From positions 12,795-76,794 of the forward strand of contig DASPNJ010000083.1 in the NCBI GenBank assembly GCA_035626595.1: a stretch of DNA of 64,000 bases, in the 5' to 3' direction. Source of the DNA: Burkholderiales bacterium. Its GTDB lineage: Bacteria; Pseudomonadota; Gammaproteobacteria; Burkholderiales; SG8-41. The notes under the pieces were generated by a model. That model saw nothing but the letters and a program-made list of their open reading frames with translations, made no database searches and was not told where the DNA came from. Shown one piece after another: positions 59,704-64,000 of the stretch. Within the stretch, counting starts at the first letter, position 1; every line of letters starts with the position of its first letter. Both the position numbers and the translations under genes were made by a program.

Positions 59704-61713
59704 TCATGCGCGGGATTGCCTCGATGCCCAGCACGCCACCGCGACGGCAGGAAGGAGCAGCGCCACGGCGATTGCGATCATCTCAACGTGCGAGACCGGT
59801 ATTATGCCGCCCCCCGGCGCCGCGAGCACGAAGCCGCCGGCGATCAGCAGCGTCCGCAGCGGCCATTCGAAGCGCCGGCACGCGCTCAGGTCGCCGAGCC
59901 CCACCTGATAACCCTGTATGCCGCCGCAGATGAATACGATGCCGATCGCCGCCGTGCTCGTGAGGATGAGCGTTTCGGTGAACGGTCCTTCCAGCACGAA
60001 CGCGGGATTCAACACGAAGAAGAACGGGATGAAGTAGATGATCGACCCCACGCGCATCGACTCCCAGCCGGTCTGCATCGGCGGCGCGTTCGCGATGCCC
60101 GCAGCGGCGAACGAGGCGATCGCCACCGGCGGCGTGATCGACGAGAGCATCCCCCAGTAGAAGATGAACATGTGGACGGCCATCTTGTTGAGCCCCGCCT
60201 TTTCGAGCGCGGGGCCGACGAGAATCGCGAGAAAGATGTAGCACGCGGTCGTCGTGAGCCCGAGTCCGAGCACCAGGCTCGTCACCGCCGCCATCGCGAG
60301 CAGCAGCAGCGCGTTGTTGCCGGCGATCGTCAGCATGTCGTTCGCGAGGCTCGAGATGACGCCGGTCAGCGAGAACGCGCCGATCAATAGTCCGCAGCCC
60401 GCGAGGATGCCCATCAGCTCCACGAAGGTCCGGCCGTTCACTTCGAGAAACTTCGCGACCGTGCCCCAGTTCCATTTCTCGCGATTGAAGAGCTGGTTCA
60501 GCACGAGGAGCAGCGCCGTGGCGTAGAACGGCGCATGGCTTTCACGCTTCATGATGAGCAGCATGAAGATCAGCAGCGCGATCACGAATCCGTAGTACCA
60601 ACCCTCCTTCACCGACGTCCAGAGATCGGGCAGCTCCTCGCGGGGCAGTCCTTTGAGCCCGTGACGCGCGGCGTAGGCATCGACCTGCATGAAGAGGCCG
60701 AAGTAGTAGAGCAGCGCCGGAATGGCCGCCGCGAGCGCCACTTCCGCGTAGCTCACGTTCAGGAATTGCGCCATGACGAAGGCGGTGGCGCCCATGACCG
60801 GCGGCGCAAGCACGGCACCGGTAGAAGCGCAGGCTTCGATCGCAGCGGCATAAGACGGACGAAACCCGGTGCGCTTCATCACCGGTATCGTCATCGTGCC
60901 GGCCGTGAGGACGTTGCTGACGATCGAACCCGACATCATGCCGAGCAGCGCGCTCGCGAAGATGCCCACCTTGGCGGCGCCGCCGCGAAAGGTTCCGCAC
61001 AGCGCGAACGCGACGTTCAGGAAGAACTTGCCCGCCCCGGTCAGCATGAGCGCCGTTCCGAAGACGAGAAAGCCGATCACGGTTTCCGCGAACGCCTGCA
61101 CCGGGATGCCCAGCAGGCTTTCGACCGAGAGCATGTGGTATGCGCTCGCCTGCGCGGGGGTCGATTGCGTGCCTTTGAGCGGCCCCAGCCACGCGGCTTC
61201 CGCGAACAGCGGATAGAACGTGAACGGCGCCACCGACAGCACGAGGCCCCAGCCGCCGGTGCGCCGCAGCCCCTCCATGAGGAGCGCCCACATGAGGTAG
61301 CCGGTCCAGACTATCGAATCGGGCGCGCCGCCGAATTCCCAGCCGAGCTCGGCCGCCTTGCGGATGTTCAGCAGCAGCACGAACGAAGCCGCGAGCGTCG
61401 CGACGAAGAGCAGCGTGTCGAGCCACGTCACGCGATCGAGCGGCGCGCGCGGCCCGCCCGGGAACACCACGAACACGAACGGCAGCATCACCAGCACCAG
61501 CGCGTAGTAGTACTCGGTGTTGAGCGGCGTGAAGCCGATGAAGAACCGCAGTACGAACTGCTGGTTGACGCAGAGGAAGATCGTGAGCGCGGATGCGACG
61601 ATCAGCAGCCAGCGCCAGCGCGGCGGGAGCTTCCGGATGCGCAGCGTCTCGCTTTCCGCCGGTGCGACGTGCGGATCGGGGAGACCCTGCACGCGGTCAC
61701 GTACGCTCGCCAC
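59704..61713 (-). CDS. TRAP transporter fused permease (TAXI-type)
   Basis: 669 aa, highly hydrophobic throughout, GTG start. Sits directly downstream of a TAXI-type binding protein gene. Confidence 0.85.
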   Translation of the reverse strand: MASVRDRVQGLPDPHVAPAESETLRIRKLPPRWRWLLIVASALTIFLCVNQQFVLRFFIGFTPLNTEYYYALVLVMLPFVFVVFPGGPRAPLDRVTWLDTLLFVATLAASFVLLLNIRKAAELGWEFGGAPDSIVWTGYLMWALLMEGLRRTGGWGLVLSVAPFTFYPLFAEAAWLGPLKGTQSTPAQASAYHMLSVESLLGIPVQAFAETVIGFLVFGTALMLTGAGKFFLNVAFALCGTFRGGAAKVGIFASALLGMMSGSIVSNVLTAGTMTIPVMKRTGFRPSYAAAIEACASTGAVLAPPVMGATAFVMAQFLNVSYAEVALAAAIPALLYYFGLFMQVDAYAARHGLKGLPREELPDLWTSVKEGWYYGFVIALLIFMLLIMKRESHAPFYATALLLVLNQLFNREKWNWGTVAKFLEVNGRTFVELMGILAGCGLLIGAFSLTGVISSLANDMLTIAGNNALLLLAMAAVTSLVLGLGLTTTACYIFLAILVGPALEKAGLNKMAVHMFIFYWGMLSSITPPVAIASFAAAGIANAPPMQTGWESMRVGSIIYFIPFFFVLNPAFVLEGPFTETLILTSTAAIGIVFICGGIQGYQVGLGDLSACRRFEWPLRTLLIAGGFVLAAPGGGIIPVSHVEMIAIAVALLLPAVAVACWASRQSRA

Positions 61714-61737
61714 TTGAATTGTTCTTTGGGGGAAGGA

Positions 61738-61811
61738 GGTAACGGAGGGAAACCGTAGAAGGTTTCCCTCTGTTCGTGAGCGCCGAGGCCCGAGCCGAAG
61801 GCGAGCGGCGC
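61738..61811 (+). repeat. Family F element (~74 nt), copy 1
   Basis: GGTAACGGAGGGAAACC-GTAGAA-GGTTTCCCTCTGTTCGTGAGCGCCGAGGCCCGAGCCGAAGGCGAGCGGCGC. Intercistronic, between the binding-protein and permease genes. Confidence 0.8.
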
Positions 61812-61815
61812 GACC

Positions 61816-62964
61816 CTAGTCGAAGACCGTGGGCAGGCCCGCCTTCTTCAGCGCCGCGGCACGCGTGGCGATCCAGGCTTTGCCGAAGGCGGCTTTGTCG
61901 TCGGACGGGTTGGTCTTGAGGAACGCGCCCCAGGCATCGGCGAGCACCTGCTGGCGTTTGAGCAGCGCCTGATTGTGCGATTCGTGCTCGGCCTTCCACA
62001 CGCCGGCTTCCTTGAAGGCCCGGACCGCACCTTCGTGATACGGCAGCACCCACGTGAAATTCTGGCGCGAGAGCTCGAAACCGTCCGCGCCAGGCGCGCC
62101 GTCCTTGTACGCCGCGTAGTTCTGGATCATGCCCCGGGTCATCCCGTACACAACGTCGGCGGACTGATTCGCGTACGCCATCATGATCGGGTAGGGATAA
62201 TTGGGCAGCTCGACCGGCTTGTCCTTGGTGATGCCGACGCCGCACGTCGCTCTGTGCGGGGCGTAATAGGGGCCGAACTTGTGCAATCGATCCCAGCCGG
62301 CCTTGTCCGAGGCCGGTGTCGGCGGGTACACGAGACCCCGCGGTGAAGCCTCGGCTTCTTTCGCCTGGCCGGAAATCGTTGAAGCGATCGCGGCATCCAC
62401 CTCGTTATTGAGGATGCCTTTCCACATCGCACCGTAGCTCGAGAACTCGACGAGCTTCACGTCGTTGCGCGTGAGGTTGCCGAACGCGAGCACGGCAAAC
62501 GCGTTCTGATTGAGCGCGGGCGCGCCGACGACCATGCCGACGCGCTTGCCTTTCAGGTCCTTGATCTCCTTCACGCCGGTATCTTTCGCGACGCCGAGTG
62601 AGATCGCGTTGCAGGCCGACGAGGCCATCATGAGCCGCAGCGGCTGCGGGCCCCATTCCTTCACGCCGAACTCGAACACGCCTTCCTGCGCGAAGTACAC
62701 GCCGATGCCCATCGCGGAGGCCTGCGCGCGGCCGCCTCTGACGGGCGCGAGGCGCGCGACGTCGTTGCCCGCCGGCAGCACGCGCACGTCGGTGCCGTAT
62801 TTGTCCTTGAACGCCTTGCCGATCGCGACCGCGATGTTGAAACCCGACGAGCCGGTGTCGTAGGCCGTCAGCGTGAGCGTCGCCGGAAGCTTCACGTCCT
62901 GCGCCGCGTACGCCTGCAAACAGAGCGCGGCGAGCGCCGCGCCAACAAGACTTCTGCCGAGCAT
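61816..62964 (-). CDS. TAXI family TRAP transporter solute-binding protein
   Basis: Signal peptide MLGRSLVGAALAALCLQAYA, then LTLTAYDTGSSGFNIAVAIGKAF ... VRVLPAGNDVARL. GGAGG lies upstream of the ATG at 62964. Confidence 0.85.
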   Translation of the reverse strand: MLGRSLVGAALAALCLQAYAAQDVKLPATLTLTAYDTGSSGFNIAVAIGKAFKDKYGTDVRVLPAGNDVARLAPVRGGRAQASAMGIGVYFAQEGVFEFGVKEWGPQPLRLMMASSACNAISLGVAKDTGVKEIKDLKGKRVGMVVGAPALNQNAFAVLAFGNLTRNDVKLVEFSSYGAMWKGILNNEVDAAIASTISGQAKEAEASPRGLVYPPTPASDKAGWDRLHKFGPYYAPHRATCGVGITKDKPVELPNYPYPIMMAYANQSADVVYGMTRGMIQNYAAYKDGAPGADGFELSRQNFTWVLPYHEGAVRAFKEAGVWKAEHESHNQALLKRQQVLADAWGAFLKTNPSDDKAAFGKAWIATRAAALKKAGLPTVFD

Positions 62965-63016
62965 GTTTCCGCCTCCCCTTTTGAGCTCGACGCCCCCTGG
63001 CGCCGAGCATTTCCAA

Positions 63017-63040
63017 CGTAGGGTGCGCGAATCGCGCACC
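63017..63040 (-). repeat. REP family A copy (inverted orientation)
   Basis: CGTAGGGTGCGCGAATCGCGCACC. Confidence 0.85.
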
Positions 63041-63072
63041 GCCGGTCGGTCTTCGACCCACCCTGAGCTGTT

Positions 63073-63261
63073 CTATGCCGCCTTCGCCTCCGGCGCCGGA
63101 GCCTGCGCGGCCAGCACGGCGGCTGCTTCTTTCTCGACGACGGTGCCCGCGAAGAAACTCGGGCTGAAAACGGAAACGTATTCGAGCCAGTGATCGTCGG
63201 CGTCGATGACGGGGTGATTCAGGCGTGAATGGACTTTCGCGGGACTCAGACGCGCGCTCAT
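63073..63261 (-). pseudogene. 62-codon ORF resembling only the N-terminus of an amidohydrolase-type protein
   Basis: MSARLSPAKVHSRLNHPVIDADDHWLEY resembles the HPVID(A/S)DGH.(L/V)E opening of amidohydrolase-family proteins. The ORF stops after 62 codons. Confidence 0.3.
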
Positions 63262-63298
63262 GCTGACCTCCCTGCGTGGGCAAAGCCTGAAATTAGGT

Positions 63299-63370
63299 GC
63301 GGCGCTCGCCTGAAGGCTCGGGCCTCGCCGCCCCACGAACAGAGGGAAACCAGGGTTTCCCTCCGTAACC
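63299..63370 (-). repeat. Family F element, copy 2 (inverted relative to copy 1)
   Basis: Its reverse complement, GGTTACGGAGGGAAACC-CTG-GTTTCCCTCTGTTCGTGGGGCGGCGAGGCCCGAGCCTTCAGGCGAGCGCCGC, aligns with 61738-61811. Confidence 0.8.
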
Positions 63371-63413
63371 GCCTTTCCTTTCGCCAAAAGGCTAGGCTTG
63401 CCACCCATGGGTG

Positions 63414-63569
63414 TCAAACCGTCAGGCACCGGGCATCGTCGCGAATGCGCTGTCGGGGCTCACGCCGGCAACCGTTGGTGCGGTGCAGCTTGCGGCGGTA
63501 TTTGGTCTTGTCGAATGTCGTGGTGCGATGCAGCACGCAGCGGTTATCCCGGGCGGCAACTTCGGCCAT
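63414..63569 (-). CDS. Candidate 51-aa basic Cys/His-containing small protein
   Basis: MAEVAARDNRCVLHRTTTFDKTKYRRKLHRTNGCRREPRQRIRDDARCLTV. AGGCGGAG lies 3 nt upstream of the ATG, 11 nt after the leuD stop. GC3-rich codons. No family recognised. Confidence 0.3.
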   Translation of the reverse strand: MAEVAARDNRCVLHRTTTFDKTKYRRKLHRTNGCRREPRQRIRDDARCLTV

Positions 63570-63580
63570 TATCTCCGCCT

Positions 63581-64000
63581 CTATCCGGTGTTTTCGTACA
63601 GCCACGGCCGCTCCGAGCGGTACTCGTCCTCGAACATCGCGAGGCGCTCGGCGTACTGGTGGGTGCGCGCGATGTCGTCGAGACCTTCGAGCAGACATTT
63701 CTTGCGCACCAGGTGAATCTCGAAGCGATGCACTCTGCCTGCGGGATCGGTGACGGTCTGTGCTGCGAGATCGACGCTCACGCTCGCGCCCGGATTGGCG
63801 TGGAGCTGGGCGCGAATGTCGGCGACTTCCGCATCGCTCAGCGCGACCGGCAGCAGACCGTTCTTGAAACAGTTGTTCGCGTGGATGTCGCCGAAGCTCG
63901 ATGCGATCACGCAGCGGATGCCGAATTCGTACAGGGCATACACCGCGCTTTCGCGGGACGATCCACAGCCCCAGTTGCGGTCGGCCACGATGATCCGGGC
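63581..64000 (-). CDS. leuD: 3-isopropylmalate dehydratase small subunit, 5'-truncated by the window edge
   Basis: ARIIVADRNWGCGSSRESAVYALYEFGIRCVIASSFGDIHANNCFKNGLLPVAL matches the LeuD core. The reading frame is open to position 64000. Confidence 0.85.
   Translation of the reverse strand, partial: ARIIVADRNWGCGSSRESAVYALYEFGIRCVIASSFGDIHANNCFKNGLLPVALSDAEVADIRAQLHANPGASVSVDLAAQTVTDPAGRVHRFEIHLVRKKCLLEGLDDIARTHQYAERLAMFEDEYRSERPWLYENTG

Noticed and set aside
4112-63370. Possibility that the recurring short repeats are a CRISPR array
   Set aside because: The copies are dispersed over 60 kb in both orientations, are not regularly spaced with unique spacers, belong to several unrelated families, and no cas genes are present.
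1-64000. Search for tRNA, rRNA, integrase, transposase, phage, secretion-system, restriction-modification or other defence genes, and for TctA/TctB
   Set aside because: None of the six-frame translations shows the corresponding motifs, and no cloverleaf-like or rRNA-like segment was noticed. Absence by eye is not proof, so a covariance-model or HMM scan should confirm it.

Overview
GC-rich, GC3-biased bacterial chromosomal segment with about 62 protein-coding genes. I found no rRNA, tRNA, CRISPR array, transposase, integrase or phage genes. The content is a patchwork of small, tightly packed catabolic-looking modules; many neighbouring genes share 4-nt ATGA/GTGA stop-start overlaps. Gene families present: six orphan Bug/TctC-type periplasmic binding proteins with no TctA/TctB; four TauD/TfdA Fe(II)/2-oxoglutarate dioxygenases plus one CmcJ/NvfI-type oxygenase; two VOC proteins; three enoyl-CoA hydratases; three family III CoA-transferase genes; a hyuB-hyuA pair; two beta-propeller lactonase paralogues; a DUF35/thiolase-like pair; two adjacent acyl-CoA dehydrogenases; a TAXI-TRAP transporter; a GGDEF cyclase; a Crp/Fnr regulator; and a four-gene His-Asp phosphorelay. 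Nearly every module boundary carries short repeats. I count at least six families, including a GTAG-type REP family with a REPIN-like doublet, a ~108-nt MITE-like element with 12-nt terminal inverted repeats, a 44-nt perfect palindrome and a ~160-nt long hairpin. No cognate transposase is visible. The best candidates for undescribed biology are these. (1) The seven-gene operon 31696-39998, coupled from gfa onward. It contains a tandem-fused family III CoA-transferase whose second module seems to lack the catalytic Asp. It also contains a lactonase, an arylamine N-acetyltransferase and an apparently permuted CoA-transferase. (2) The output-less CHASE-kinase/REC/Hpt/REC phosphorelay. (3) The TauD-CmcJ-VOC oxygenase triad next to a signal-peptide methyltransferase-like protein. 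(4) The repeat system itself. Taxonomy is not decidable by eye: many Bug genes plus these repeat types fit either Burkholderiales-like Betaproteobacteria or an uncultivated GC-rich soil lineage. All functional calls rest on motif recognition in the supplied translations; no searches were run.
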